Below, piece after piece: positions 19,061 to 30,124 of a DNA stretch of 64,000 nt. Source of the stretch: Actinophytocola sp. GTDB lineage: Bacteria; Actinomycetota; Actinomycetes; Mycobacteriales; Pseudonocardiaceae. The translations under genes and the position numbers were made by a program. The notes under the pieces were generated by a model, which saw only the letters and a list, made by a program, of their open reading frames with translations, made no database searches and was not told the origin of the DNA. The stretch lies in the NCBI RefSeq assembly GCF_036402745.1, contig NZ_DASWSJ010000124.1, positions 220-64,219 on the forward strand, written 5' to 3'. How positions within the stretch are numbered: the stretch's first letter is position 1; each line of letters opens with the position of its first letter.

Positions 19061-21381
19061 CGTTCCTCCTGCGTGACGTCGGCCAGGTAGCCGAGTGCGA
19101 CGAGCTCCAGAGCCGAGTGCGTGGTGCGGTACCGCACGCCGCCGCCGGTCTGGGCGAACCAGGCCGCGGACACCGCGCGCCACACCGGCAGCGGCCGCAG
19201 CGCGCGGTACCGGCGGTAGCCGTGTTCGAGGTGCGCCGGCGGCAGCGAGCGCTGCGCGAACGGCGTGCCGGCGGCCGCGAACACCCGGCCCTCCCAGCGG
19301 CCGAACCGGTCGAGCTCGGCGCCCTCCTCGAGCACCTCCGGCTCGCCCGGTGCGCTGCCGCCCTCGGGGTACTGCTCGCCCGGCGGCCACGCGAACTCCA
19401 CGCCGTCGCGGCTGATGCCCTGCGCGGTGACGCTGCCGAAGCGCACGAGGTACCGGCGGTCCCAGTCGCGCTCGTGCTCGCCGCCGAGCGGGTCGTGGCC
19501 CTCGGCCAACGCGGTGACCTGCGGCGCGTCCGCGGGCAGCGCGTCGGAGGGCACCAGCGGGGACACGCCTTCGCGCAAGGCGGCCCGCCGCCCGGCGCTG
19601 TCGACGAGATCCGACCGCGGGTGGTCGCCCGGCTCGAAGCGCAGGCCGGGGGCGTAGTCGAGCTCCGGCGGTGGCGGCGGCAGCTGCCGAGCGGGCCGAG
19701 CCGCGGCGACCGGCATGTGGCCGATCGGGAACATGTGGACCCAGAACAACGCCAGCGCCTGGTCGCGCTCACGGCCCGGCGCGGCGGCGGGTGCCGCCGC
19801 GGGCTGCGCGGGCGCGGGTGGGACCGCCGCGCTGTAGGCACCCTTGCGCGGCTCGGGCAGGGGGACCTCGGCGGGGCGGACGAGCGGCCGGTCGACCGGC
19901 CGGGCCGGGCCGCCACCCGCGGCCGCGCCGCCGGGTGCCGCGCCGACGCCGGGTGCCGGACCACCGACGGGTGCCACGCCGCCGGGCGCAGGGGCGCCGC
20001 CGACCATGCCGCCGGGCACGGCCGGTGCGCCGGTGAAACCCGGGCCGCCGGTGAACCCGGGGCCGCCGGTGAACCCCGGCGTGCCGCCGAACGCGGGACC
20101 GCCGCCGAACCCGGGCGCGGGTGCGCCACCGACGGGCGGCGCGACGGGTGGCAGGCCGGCCGCCGGCCCGGCACCGGCCGGCGCCACATCGACGCCGGCG
20201 AACCCGGCCTGGACGGTCTGGCCGGTGGGCGGGGTGGGGCGGTTGTCGACGAAGTCGCCGCCGGGGCTCCAGGGGTTGTCGCCGCGGCCGGGCCCGTCGC
20301 CGATGGTGACGGGGCCGGTGACGTCCGGATGGCCGCCGGGGTCCGGGCGGGCCGGGTCGAGGGTGCCGGGGTGGCCGCCGACCAGGTCACCGGTGTTGCG
20401 CGCGGTGTCGCCGACCAGGTTGGCACCGTGACCGCTCTGGCCACCCTGGCCACCCTGGCCGCCGGGGCCGTCGCCGACCAGGCCGGTGGCGCCGCGAGTG
20501 GTGTCGTCGACGACGTCGGTGACGCCGCGGACGGTGTCGCCCACCGGGTTGCCGCCATGACCACCGTGACCGCCACCGTGACCGCCGCCGACCAGATCGG
20601 TGGCGCCCTGGGTCGTGCTGTCGACGAGGTTCGTGGCGTGGTGGGTGGTGCTGTCCACCACGTTGGTGACGCCTCGCACGGTGTCGCCGAGCAGGTTTCC
20701 TCCCCCGTGGGTGCCCGGGCCGCCGTGGGCGCCGGGGCCGCCGTGGTCCTGGCCCGCGCCGACCAGGTCCGGCGCGCCCGCGACCGTGTCGGTGGCCAGG
20801 GTCGACACGCCGCTCAGCAGGCTCGGGCCGTGCGTTCCGGGGTTGGCGTTGACCGGCGGCTGGACCGCGGCCATGTCGACCCCGGTGGCCGGCTGCACGG
20901 CGCTGATCAGGTTCGACTCGATGTGGGCCACGTTCGCGGACGTGCCGCGGATCGCCGTGTCCAGGCCGGCCAGGGCCGTGGGGTGGCCGGCCGCGGCGGC
21001 GGTGTGCGCGGCGTCGGAGTTCTGCGCCAGCGCGACCAGGTTGCGGACGATCTCGACCTTGGCCGTGCCGACCTGGCTGGCCGCGTGCTCGAGGCGGTCG
21101 GCGGCGTCGTTCATACCGCGGACGGTGCCCGTGAGGTGCCCGGAGTCGGGCTCGACGAACGCCTGCCAGTGCTGCGCGGCGGCGGTGCCCGTGTCGCCCT
21201 GGACGGCACCCAGCGCGGTGCGGACGGTGGTGTCCGCGTCCGTGGTGAGCGTGGTCATGCTGGTGGCCGCGTCGCGCCAGGCCTGGGCCGAGCGGGCCAT
21301 GGCCTCCTCGTCGGCCTGCGGCCAGGCCACGCCGGCCTGCGTGGCGACGGCGGCGAGCTCGGGGGGCAGTTCGATACCCAT
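19057..21381 (-). CDS. CpnT-like protein: WXG100-like N-terminus, Gly/Pro repeats, C-terminal TNT-like domain
   Basis: MGIELP..WPQADE N-terminus; LDRFG..G, TPFAQRSLP, AWFAQTGGG, ELVALGYL. Confidence 0.88.
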   Translation of the reverse strand: MGIELPPELAAVATQAGVAWPQADEEAMARSAQAWRDAATSMTTLTTDADTTVRTALGAVQGDTGTAAAQHWQAFVEPDSGHLTGTVRGMNDAADRLEHAASQVGTAKVEIVRNLVALAQNSDAAHTAAAAGHPTALAGLDTAIRGTSANVAHIESNLISAVQPATGVDMAAVQPPVNANPGTHGPSLLSGVSTLATDTVAGAPDLVGAGQDHGGPGAHGGPGTHGGGNLLGDTVRGVTNVVDSTTHHATNLVDSTTQGATDLVGGGHGGGHGGHGGNPVGDTVRGVTDVVDDTTRGATGLVGDGPGGQGGQGGQSGHGANLVGDTARNTGDLVGGHPGTLDPARPDPGGHPDVTGPVTIGDGPGRGDNPWSPGGDFVDNRPTPPTGQTVQAGFAGVDVAPAGAGPAAGLPPVAPPVGGAPAPGFGGGPAFGGTPGFTGGPGFTGGPGFTGAPAVPGGMVGGAPAPGGVAPVGGPAPGVGAAPGGAAAGGGPARPVDRPLVRPAEVPLPEPRKGAYSAAVPPAPAQPAAAPAAAPGRERDQALALFWVHMFPIGHMPVAAARPARQLPPPPPELDYAPGLRFEPGDHPRSDLVDSAGRRAALREGVSPLVPSDALPADAPQVTALAEGHDPLGGEHERDWDRRYLVRFGSVTAQGISRDGVEFAWPPGEQYPEGGSAPGEPEVLEEGAELDRFGRWEGRVFAAAGTPFAQRSLPPAHLEHGYRRYRALRPLPVWRAVSAAWFAQTGGGVRYRTTHSALELVALGYLADVTQEER

Positions 21382-21384
21382 GGC

Positions 21385-21717
21385 CTACGCCTCGGCGATG
21401 TCGGGGCCGGCGGCCCGCAGCCGGTCGACGCCGCCCTGGTCGTCGCTGGTGTACTGGGCGGCCGTGCCAGCGAACCGGGCGCCGACCCCGCCGAGCTGTT
21501 CTGGCAGCGACCCGAGCTGGGTGACCGTGGCGTCGGCCGGCCCGGCGTGCGCGGACCCGAAGCTCTGGCCGACGGCGTCGGCACCCCAGCACCGCCCGTT
21601 CTCGGCGAGCGTCTCGGTGAGCGTGCGGTGGATCGCGCCGACCCGGCCGGCGAGCCCGTCGAACTGGCCCGCCTCCGTGGCCAGCCGCTCGGCGTCGGCG
21701 GTGTACCCGTCGTTCAT
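21385..21717 (-). CDS. WXG100/Esx-like type VII secretion substrate
   Basis: 110 aa, predicted helical, central WG-x-D-x-x-G, C-terminal YTSDD (YxxxD). Confidence 0.75.
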   Translation of the reverse strand: MNDGYTADAERLATEAGQFDGLAGRVGAIHRTLTETLAENGRCWGADAVGQSFGSAHAGPADATVTQLGSLPEQLGGVGARFAGTAAQYTSDDQGGVDRLRAAGPDIAEA

Positions 21718-22148
21718 CGCTGCTTACCCCCGGCCCGCATCCAGCTGAGATCCTCGAAGGTCTCCTCGGCATCCGGCGGCTCCGGCTTGAGCTCCGCCGG
21801 GGTGAGATCGGCCGTGCCGCGCAGCAACGCCTCCGGGTCGGTGTCCGGCGGCAGCACGGGCGCGAGGGCCTGGCCGGCCGCGCGACCGACCTTGGCCGCC
21901 GCGGCGGCGGTGAGCGCGACGACGGTCCGGGCCAGCTCGTGCGGGCGCAGCTGCCGGTAGGCGTTGTCGACGATGACCAGCCCGACGAGCTGCCCGGTGG
22001 CCCCGACCGTGACGGTGACCAGCCCGTCCTCGCTGGCGGCCGACTCCTGGATGGCGGCGAGCTTGCGCTGCACGGCGCCGAGTTGATCCCGGCTGCGGCG
22101 GTAGCCCGCCAGCAGTTCCTCGACCTGGGCTCGGTGGTCAGCCTCCAC
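21714..22148 (-). CDS. YbaB/EbfC-family (EspL-like) protein
   Basis: SEDGLVTVTVGATGQLVGL..AY..L..EL motif; GGAGG RBS. Confidence 0.85.
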   Translation of the reverse strand: MEADHRAQVEELLAGYRRSRDQLGAVQRKLAAIQESAASEDGLVTVTVGATGQLVGLVIVDNAYRQLRPHELARTVVALTAAAAAKVGRAAGQALAPVLPPDTDPEALLRGTADLTPAELKPEPPDAEETFEDLSWMRAGGKQR

Positions 22149-22192
22149 GGCTACCTCCGGTGGGGTGACGGCATGGTCGTCGGTCTCGTGTT

Positions 22193-22220
22193 GGACGCGT
22201 GTCCTGGCGAGCCGGTTCCC
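22193..22220 (-). promoter_or_regulatory. ECF (SigM-type) promoter GGGAAC-N17-CGTCC upstream of the TNT cassette
   Basis: Motif and spacing read directly; ~45 nt upstream of the GTG. Confidence 0.55.
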
Positions 22221-22238
22221 GTGGGTTTCGGTTCGTTA

Positions 22239-22847
22239 TTACCGGAGCGCGGCGAGTACCGCAGCGTGGACCACGCGGGCCAGCGCGCCACCGATCGGCG
22301 AGCGAGGGCCGCCGAACGGCTCCGCGGCGCCCTCGGGCGGGCACAGGATCGCCGTCGCGTCGGTGCTCGTGCCGGTGCCGGGCACGCCCGCCTCCCACAA
22401 CGCCTGCGCCTTGGCCTCCGCGACCGTGGCCACGGCGTTCACGAGCGCGGCGGGGGACAGCCGAACGGGAAGCAGGCACACCGCGTTGATCGTTCCCGGG
22501 CCCGGCAGCGCTACCTCGGCCGGCGCGGCGGCCCACGTCGGGTGGGCGCCGATGCCCGTGGTGACCGACGCGTGCACCTCGCCGTCGGACCGGTGGACCA
22601 CCTCGCGGACGTCCACGGCGGTGAGGAACCCGGTGCCCGCACCCGTCAGGCCCAGCGCGGCGGCGATCTCCGCCAGGTGCACGTCCGGGTCCTGCCGGTC
22701 GTAGGCGTGGGAGACCGACGCGTTCACCACCCACCGCCGCAGGCCGAGGCCGCCGCCCAGCGAGCCCGACGACACGGCCAGCATCGGCGCCGGCAGCCGC
22801 CACACCAGCACCGCGTCGCCGGCGACGGTGGCCAGCTCGGGTGTCAC
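22239..22847 (-). CDS. cbiZ: Adenosylcobinamide amidohydrolase
   Basis: C-terminal part of ORF 22239..24137: GGG, GFLTA, PGTIN, EAK, GTGTSTDA, GGPRS. Confidence 0.85.
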   Translation of the reverse strand: MTPELATVAGDAVLVWRLPAPMLAVSSGSLGGGLGLRRWVVNASVSHAYDRQDPDVHLAEIAAALGLTGAGTGFLTAVDVREVVHRSDGEVHASVTTGIGAHPTWAAAPAEVALPGPGTINAVCLLPVRLSPAALVNAVATVAEAKAQALWEAGVPGTGTSTDATAILCPPEGAAEPFGGPRSPIGGALARVVHAAVLAALR

Positions 22848-23395
22848 CGGATCTCCTTGCGTACCAACGCCCGTCGCGTGCCGCGCCGGTCGAGGAGGGT
22901 GAAGCCCGCGGCGAGGAACATGTCGAGCGTGCCGTGGTAGAGGTCGCCCGACGAGCGCCGGGCGCCCTCGGTGTCGACCGGGTGCCCCTCGACCGCGTCG
23001 GCGCCCCGGCGAGCGGCGAAGTCGACGGCCGAGGAGAGCAGCGTGGCGGCGAGCCCGCGGCCACGGGCGCCGCGGTGGACGAAGAAGCACGTCACCGACC
23101 ACGTCCCCGCGCCGGCGTCGGACGCGCTGATCTTCGACGTCGCCAGGCGCGGGTACGCCGACCGCGGGGCCACCGCGACCCAGCCGACCGGGTCGTCGCC
23201 GTCGAGCGCCAGGAGCCCGAGCGGGCTGCCGAGCCGCTCGCGCAGGAACGAGCGGTTGCCCGCGCCCCAGCCGGACCGGACCTCGGCGTGCGGCCGCATG
23301 AACCACGTGCACCAGCAGCCGCCGACGGTCTTGTTGGCACTGAACAACGTCTCCAGCGACGGCCACGTCCGCGGGGTCAGCTCGACGATGTCCAC
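22844..23395 (-). CDS. GNAT N-acetyltransferase
   Basis: GCWC, GWVAVAPR, WSVTCFFV..RGRGLA, VEGHP, FLAAGF. Confidence 0.88.
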   Translation of the reverse strand: MDIVELTPRTWPSLETLFSANKTVGGCWCTWFMRPHAEVRSGWGAGNRSFLRERLGSPLGLLALDGDDPVGWVAVAPRSAYPRLATSKISASDAGAGTWSVTCFFVHRGARGRGLAATLLSSAVDFAARRGADAVEGHPVDTEGARRSSGDLYHGTLDMFLAAGFTLLDRRGTRRALVRKEIR

Positions 23396-23398
23396 CCG

Positions 23399-24340
23399 TC
23401 AGCCGCGCAGGGCGCGCACCACGCGGGACGGGCTCGGCCGGCCGAGCGTGCCGGCGAGCCAGGCACTCGTGTCGGCGAGCCTGTCGAGGTCGACGCCGGT
23501 CGAGACGCCGAGGCCGTCGAGCAGCCAGACCAGGTCCTCGGTGGCCAGGTTGCCGGTGGCCGACTCCGCGTACGGGCACCCGCCGAGTCCGCCGGCGGAG
23601 GAGTCGACCGTGGTGACTCCGTGCCGCAGCGACTCGAGCGTGTTGGCGAGCGCCTGGCCGTACGTGTCGTGGAAGTGCACCGCCAGCGCGGACATCGGCA
23701 CGCCCGCGGCGCCGAACAGACCGAGCAGCGCGGCGACCTGGCCCGTGGTGGCCACGCCGATCGTGTCGCCGAGGGAGAGCTGCGAGCAGCCCAGGTCGAG
23801 CAGCCGCCGGCCGACCGAGACGACGGCTGCCGGGTCGACCGCGCCCTCCCACGGGTCGCCGAAGCACATCGACACGTACCCGCGCACGTCCAGCCCCTCG
23901 GCCACGGCGCGGGAGACCACCGGGTCGAACATGGCGAACTGCTCGTCGAGCGTGCGGTTGAGGTTGCGGTTGGCGAAGGTCTCGGTGGCGCTGCCGAAGA
24001 TGGCGATGTGCCGCACGCCGGCCGCGAGCGCGCGGTCGAGCCCGCGCTCGTTGGGCACCAGCACCGGGTAGCGCACACCGTCCCGCATGGACAGTCCGGC
24101 GAGCAGCGACTCGGCGTCGGCCAGCTGCGGCACCCACTTGGGGTGCACGAAGCTGGTGGCCTCGATGGTGGTGAGGCCGGCGTCCGCGAGCCGGTCGAGG
24201 AACTCGAGCTTCACCCCGACCGGCACGACCGCCGACTCGTTCTGCAGGCCGTCGCGCGGCCCGACCTCCCAGATCGTGACCGTGTCCGGCAGGCCGTCGG
24301 CCGGCACCCGGACCGGCAGCCCGAGCTCCCGCGCGGTCAA
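23399..24340 (-). CDS. Hydroxymethylglutaryl-CoA lyase
   Basis: EVGPRDGLQNE, LGDTIG, HFHDTYGQ, GLGGCPYA..GNLATED. Confidence 0.95.
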   Translation of the reverse strand: MTARELGLPVRVPADGLPDTVTIWEVGPRDGLQNESAVVPVGVKLEFLDRLADAGLTTIEATSFVHPKWVPQLADAESLLAGLSMRDGVRYPVLVPNERGLDRALAAGVRHIAIFGSATETFANRNLNRTLDEQFAMFDPVVSRAVAEGLDVRGYVSMCFGDPWEGAVDPAAVVSVGRRLLDLGCSQLSLGDTIGVATTGQVAALLGLFGAAGVPMSALAVHFHDTYGQALANTLESLRHGVTTVDSSAGGLGGCPYAESATGNLATEDLVWLLDGLGVSTGVDLDRLADTSAWLAGTLGRPSPSRVVRALRG

Positions 24341-24341
24341 C

Positions 24342-24908
24342 TCAGCGGCCCCGCGGGTCGCCCTGCGGCGGGTAGGGCTGGGTGCCCTGCTGGTACTGCT
24401 GGCTGCCGCGGCCGAAGTCGTCGTGCGGGTTGTCGTTGACCTCGCGGTAGATCAGCGTGTGGACCTTCTCGACCTTGGGGATGTCGTCGAACTCCAGCGG
24501 CTCCTGCGAGGCCGACTCGATGATCAGCGTGCCGCAGCCGAAGATGCGGTCGACCAGGCCGTGCTCGAACCGGACGCTGTTGATGCGGCCGAGCGGGATG
24601 TCGATGCCGGTGCGGTTGATCACGCCCTCGCGCGCCATGACGCGGTCGGTGGTGACGATGAAGTGGGTGGTCCGCCAGCGGATGAACGGCACGAAGAACA
24701 GCCAGCTGAGGATGGCCAGGCCGATGACCGCGATCGCGATCCAGGCGACCATGTTCCAGGACTGGTCCTGAACCAGGATGGCGAGCCAGATGCCGACCGC
24801 GAGCGTGACGATCAGCACGAGATAGGGCACCAGAAGCATCTTCCAGTGCGAGTGCTTGTGGAGAATGACGCGCTCGCCGTCGCTGAGCAGATCATCTGGA
24901 TAGGGCAC
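24342..24908 (-). CDS. bPH_2 (PH domain) membrane protein, Rv3278c-like
   Basis: YPDDLL..GE, two TM helices, WRTTHF, DIPLGRINSV, GTLIIESA. Confidence 0.88.
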   Translation of the reverse strand: MPYPDDLLSDGERVILHKHSHWKMLLVPYLVLIVTLAVGIWLAILVQDQSWNMVAWIAIAVIGLAILSWLFFVPFIRWRTTHFIVTTDRVMAREGVINRTGIDIPLGRINSVRFEHGLVDRIFGCGTLIIESASQEPLEFDDIPKVEKVHTLIYREVNDNPHDDFGRGSQQYQQGTQPYPPQGDPRGR

Positions 24909-24992
24909 GGCGTCCTCCCGTAAGCGCCTCGCCGATGTGACGCGGTAACCGTACCGGCGAGGCAAGCGTCCGGGCGCCCGGACCGGTAAAGC

Positions 24993-25820
24993 TCAGGCCT
25001 CGTTTTTCAGATGGACCACGTCGCCCGCGGCCAGAGGGGTGGCCGTGCCGTCGTCGAGCTTGATCAGGAGCCGCCCGTCGGTGTCGACGTCGACCGCGAC
25101 GCCGAGGTGGGCCGAGCCGTCCGGCAGCTCCGCGCGCACCCGCTGGCCGATGGTGCCGCAGGCCTCGCGGTAGCCGGTGAGCACGCCGCTGCGCTCGACG
25201 TCGCCGTCGGACAGCCGCCAGGCCGCCTCCAGCTCGACGAACGCCCGCAGCCACCCGGCGGCGAACGCGGTGCGGCCGGCGGTGGAGCCGGCTTGCTCCA
25301 GCGAGGTGGCGGGCAGTCCGCCCGGCCCGGCCGGGATGTCCTCGTCGAGGGCCCTGACGTTGACGCCGATGCCGACGACCACGGCCTGCGCGGCGCCGTC
25401 CGGGGTGGCCTCGGACAGGATGCCGGCGCACTTGGCGCCGTCGATCATGAGGTCGTTGGGCCACTTGAGGGTGGCCGCGACGCCGGCGACCTCCTTGGCG
25501 GCGTGCACGAGCGCGAGGCCGGCGACCATGCCGAGCGTGCCCAGCCGCGCGGCCGGCACGGCGGAGGGCCGCAGCAGCACGGACAGGTAGACCCCGGTCC
25601 CGGGCGGCGAGACCCACTGCCGGTCGCGCCGGCCCCGCCCGCCGGTCTGCGTGTCCGCGAGGAGCACGGTCCGGTCCGCGGCCCCGTCCCGGACCGCGGC
25701 GAGGAGATCGGCATTGGTGGACCCGGTACTCGCGACGACGTCCAGCGCCGCGTAGGGACCGTTCGGCGCCACCAGCTGCTCCCGAAGGGCCAGCACGTCC
25801 AACTCGTCATGTCCGGTCAC
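24993..25820 (-). CDS. birA: Biotin--acetyl-CoA-carboxylase ligase
   Basis: STGSTN, QTGGRGRRDR.W, LKWPND, KCAGIL, GIGVN, AGDVVHL. Confidence 0.95.
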   Translation of the reverse strand: MTGHDELDVLALREQLVAPNGPYAALDVVASTGSTNADLLAAVRDGAADRTVLLADTQTGGRGRRDRQWVSPPGTGVYLSVLLRPSAVPAARLGTLGMVAGLALVHAAKEVAGVAATLKWPNDLMIDGAKCAGILSEATPDGAAQAVVVGIGVNVRALDEDIPAGPGGLPATSLEQAGSTAGRTAFAAGWLRAFVELEAAWRLSDGDVERSGVLTGYREACGTIGQRVRAELPDGSAHLGVAVDVDTDGRLLIKLDDGTATPLAAGDVVHLKNEA

Positions 25821-25974
25821 CCGCTCAACCTACCGGGACGACAGTTGGTGAACAGGTCGTCTCCGCCGGCCTTCCGGTGATCGTCGAGGACGATCGGTGC
25901 GGCCGGCGCAGTGACCTAAGCAACGCGTCGGGGTCGGGGACCACTGGCTAGGCTCGCGAGTCGGAGGACATGAC

Positions 25975-27608
<1,634 letters not shown>

Positions 27609-27612
<4 letters not shown>

Positions 27613-27821
27613 GCGAGGAAACCAGGCCTGTACTGCGGATCGTCCGGGGTGCGCCGGACGACGTGGAGGTCGCGGCGCTCACCGCGGCCGTCGTCGCGCT
27701 CGGGGCGGTTCGTGGCGCCGAGGCGGAACCGGCGGGCCGGTCCCGGTGGTCGGACCGGGGTTCGCTGGTGCGTGCCGAGCTGCGGCGCGGGCCCGGGGCG
27801 TGGCGCGCGTCGGCCTACTGA
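27609..27821 (+). CDS. Acyl-CoA carboxylase epsilon subunit
   Basis: ATGA overlap; LRIVRG.P..E.AAL, W...GPGAWRAS. Confidence 0.88.
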
Positions 27822-27884
27822 CCGCGACCGGCACACTTCCCCGACCGGCCGGCGAACCGCCGGACGGAAGGGATCACGAGGAGC

Positions 27885-29489
27885 ATGACGAGCTTGCGCA
27901 GCCCGTGGACGGCCATGTGGGCGCTGTGCGCGTGCTTCTTCATGATCATGCTCGACTCGACCATCGTCACCGTCGCGATCCCGGCCATGCTCGGCGGGCT
28001 GCACGCCAACCTCAACGAGGTCGTCTGGGTCAACAGCGTCTACCTGCTCGCCAACACGGTCCCGCTGCTGCTCACCGGCCGGCTCGGCGACCGGTACGGG
28101 CCCAAGCGCGTCCTCGTCGTCGGCCTCGTGATCTTCACCGGCGCGTCGCTGTGGAGCGGGCTCGCCACCTCGCCCGGCATGCTGATCGCCGCCCGCGCGG
28201 TGCAGGGCCTCGGCGCCGCGGCGATGACCCCGCAGACGCTGTCGTTCATCACCCGGCTGTTCCCGCCGGAGAGGCGCGGGCTGCCGATCAGCGTGTGGGG
28301 TGCGGTGGCCGGCGTCGCGACGATCACCGGGCCGGTCGTCGGCGGGTTCCTCGTGGAGAACGTGGGCTGGCAGTGGATCTTCCTGATCAACCTGCCGATC
28401 GGCGTGGCGAGCCTGGCGATCGCGCTCGTCGCGCTCCCCGACTGGCAGCCGCGCCGGCACCTGCGGTTCGACGTGCCCGGCGCCGTCCTGTGCTCGCTGG
28501 GCCTGCTGGCGCTGGTGTTCGGCGTGCAGAACGGGCAGCACTACCACTGGGGGCCGGTGTTCGGGCCGGTCACCGTGCTGCACCTGATCCTGCTCGGCGT
28601 GCTGCTGCTGGCCCTGTTCGCGTGGCGCCAGCTGTGGTTCCGCCGGGCCCGCACGGACGTCGAGCCGCTGGTGCCGAACGGCCTGTTCGCCGACGGGACC
28701 TTCGGCTCGGCCAACCTCGTGCACGCCGCGCTCGGCTTCGCCACGACCGGGATGTTCCTGCCGCTGGTGCTCTACCTGCAGACCGTGCTGGGCCTCTCGG
28801 CGCTCGGGTCGAGCGCGCTGGCGCTGCCGATGGCGGTGATCGCCGGCATCGTCGCGATGGTCGTCGGCGCGGTGTGGACGAGAGTCGGCGCGCGGACGCT
28901 GATCATCACCGGGTTGCTCATGCTCGCCGCCGGCACCGGGTTCCTGGCGTGGCTCGCCGAGCCGGAGACCGAGCCGGTCGCGCTGATCCCCGGGCTCGTC
29001 GTGGCCGGGGTGGGCATCGGCTGCGTCTACGCGCCGCTGACCGCGGCGGCCACCGCGCGCCTGTCCGGCGAGCTGATCGGCTCGGCGTCGGGGGTGTTCA
29101 ACACCTCCCGGCAGGTCGGCGGCGTGCTCGGCAGCGCGGCGGTCGGGATGCTGCTGCAGGTCGGCGTCGCGTTCGCGGTGCCGGACGCGGCCCGCCGGTA
29201 CGCCGAGCGGCTGCCGCCGCGCTACCGCGAGGAGTTCGTCGAGCGGATCACCGACGCGGCCAACACGGCGAGCCAGTTCGACTCGACGGCCCCGCCGGTG
29301 CCGTCGAACCTCGACCCGGACGTCGCCGACATCGTCCGCCGGATCGTCACCGACGTCTTCCACGTCGGCTTCACCAACGCGGCGAAGGCGAGCCTGGTCC
29401 TGCCGATCGCGGTGCTGGTGCTCGGGATGCTTGCGGCGACAGGGATCCGCGTACCGCGGCTCACCCGTTCGAAGGAGAAAGTCGGCTAG
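27885..29489 (+). CDS. DHA2 (EmrB/QacA) MFS efflux transporter
   Basis: LDSTIVTVA, GRLGDRYGPK, WIFLINLPIG, NTSRQVGG; ~14 TM helices. Confidence 0.93.
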   Translation: MTSLRSPWTAMWALCACFFMIMLDSTIVTVAIPAMLGGLHANLNEVVWVNSVYLLANTVPLLLTGRLGDRYGPKRVLVVGLVIFTGASLWSGLATSPGMLIAARAVQGLGAAAMTPQTLSFITRLFPPERRGLPISVWGAVAGVATITGPVVGGFLVENVGWQWIFLINLPIGVASLAIALVALPDWQPRRHLRFDVPGAVLCSLGLLALVFGVQNGQHYHWGPVFGPVTVLHLILLGVLLLALFAWRQLWFRRARTDVEPLVPNGLFADGTFGSANLVHAALGFATTGMFLPLVLYLQTVLGLSALGSSALALPMAVIAGIVAMVVGAVWTRVGARTLIITGLLMLAAGTGFLAWLAEPETEPVALIPGLVVAGVGIGCVYAPLTAAATARLSGELIGSASGVFNTSRQVGGVLGSAAVGMLLQVGVAFAVPDAARRYAERLPPRYREEFVERITDAANTASQFDSTAPPVPSNLDPDVADIVRRIVTDVFHVGFTNAAKASLVLPIAVLVLGMLAATGIRVPRLTRSKEKVG

Positions 29490-29500
29490 GGTCACCGCCC

Positions 29501-30124
29501 GTGCAGCTGGTACTCGCCTCGCAGTCCCCCGCCCGGTACCAGGTTCTCCGGGCCGCCGGCATCGAGCCGCTCCAGTACGTGTCCGGCGTGGACGAGGACG
29601 CGCTGGCCGAGTCCATGCCCGGCGCCTCACCGGAGCGGCTGGTGGCCGCGCTCGCCGAGGCGAAGGCGCAGACCGTCGCCGCCGCGATCGCGCACGAGGT
29701 CCCGGACGCGGTGGTCGTCGGCTGCGACTCGATGCTCGCCCACGACGGCCTGCTGGTCGGCAAGCCCGGCAGCCCGGAGCGGGTGCGTGAGCGCTGGGTG
29801 ATGATGGGCGGCAGCACCGGCGTGCTGCTCACCGGCCACGCGGTGCTGCGCATCCAGGGCGGCGCGCTGGGCGGCGTCGCGAGCGGCACCGCCCAGACCA
29901 CGATCCGCTTCGGCCAGCCCAGCCCCGCGGAGATCGACGCCTACATCGCCACCGGCGAGCCGATGGCCGTGGCCGGCGGCTTCACCCTCGACGGCTACGG
30001 CGGCTGGTTCGTCGACGGCGTCGACGGCGACCCGTCGAGCGTGATCGGCATCAGCCTGCCGCTGACCCGCCGCCTGCTGCTCGAGATCGGCGTCTCGGTC
30101 GTAGACCTGTGGCAACGGGGCTAG
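29501..30124 (+). CDS. maf: Maf nucleoside triphosphate pyrophosphatase
   Basis: LVLASQSPAR, VDE, LAEAKA, GCDS, GKP, AGGF, VIGISL. Confidence 0.92.
   Translation: MQLVLASQSPARYQVLRAAGIEPLQYVSGVDEDALAESMPGASPERLVAALAEAKAQTVAAAIAHEVPDAVVVGCDSMLAHDGLLVGKPGSPERVRERWVMMGGSTGVLLTGHAVLRIQGGALGGVASGTAQTTIRFGQPSPAEIDAYIATGEPMAVAGGFTLDGYGGWFVDGVDGDPSSVIGISLPLTRRLLLEIGVSVVDLWQRG

Noticed and set aside
19117-21960. Long antisense ORFs (also 8801..11494, 46562..49453, 57626..60400)
   Set aside because: Shadow frames of well-supported genes, with no recognisable motifs
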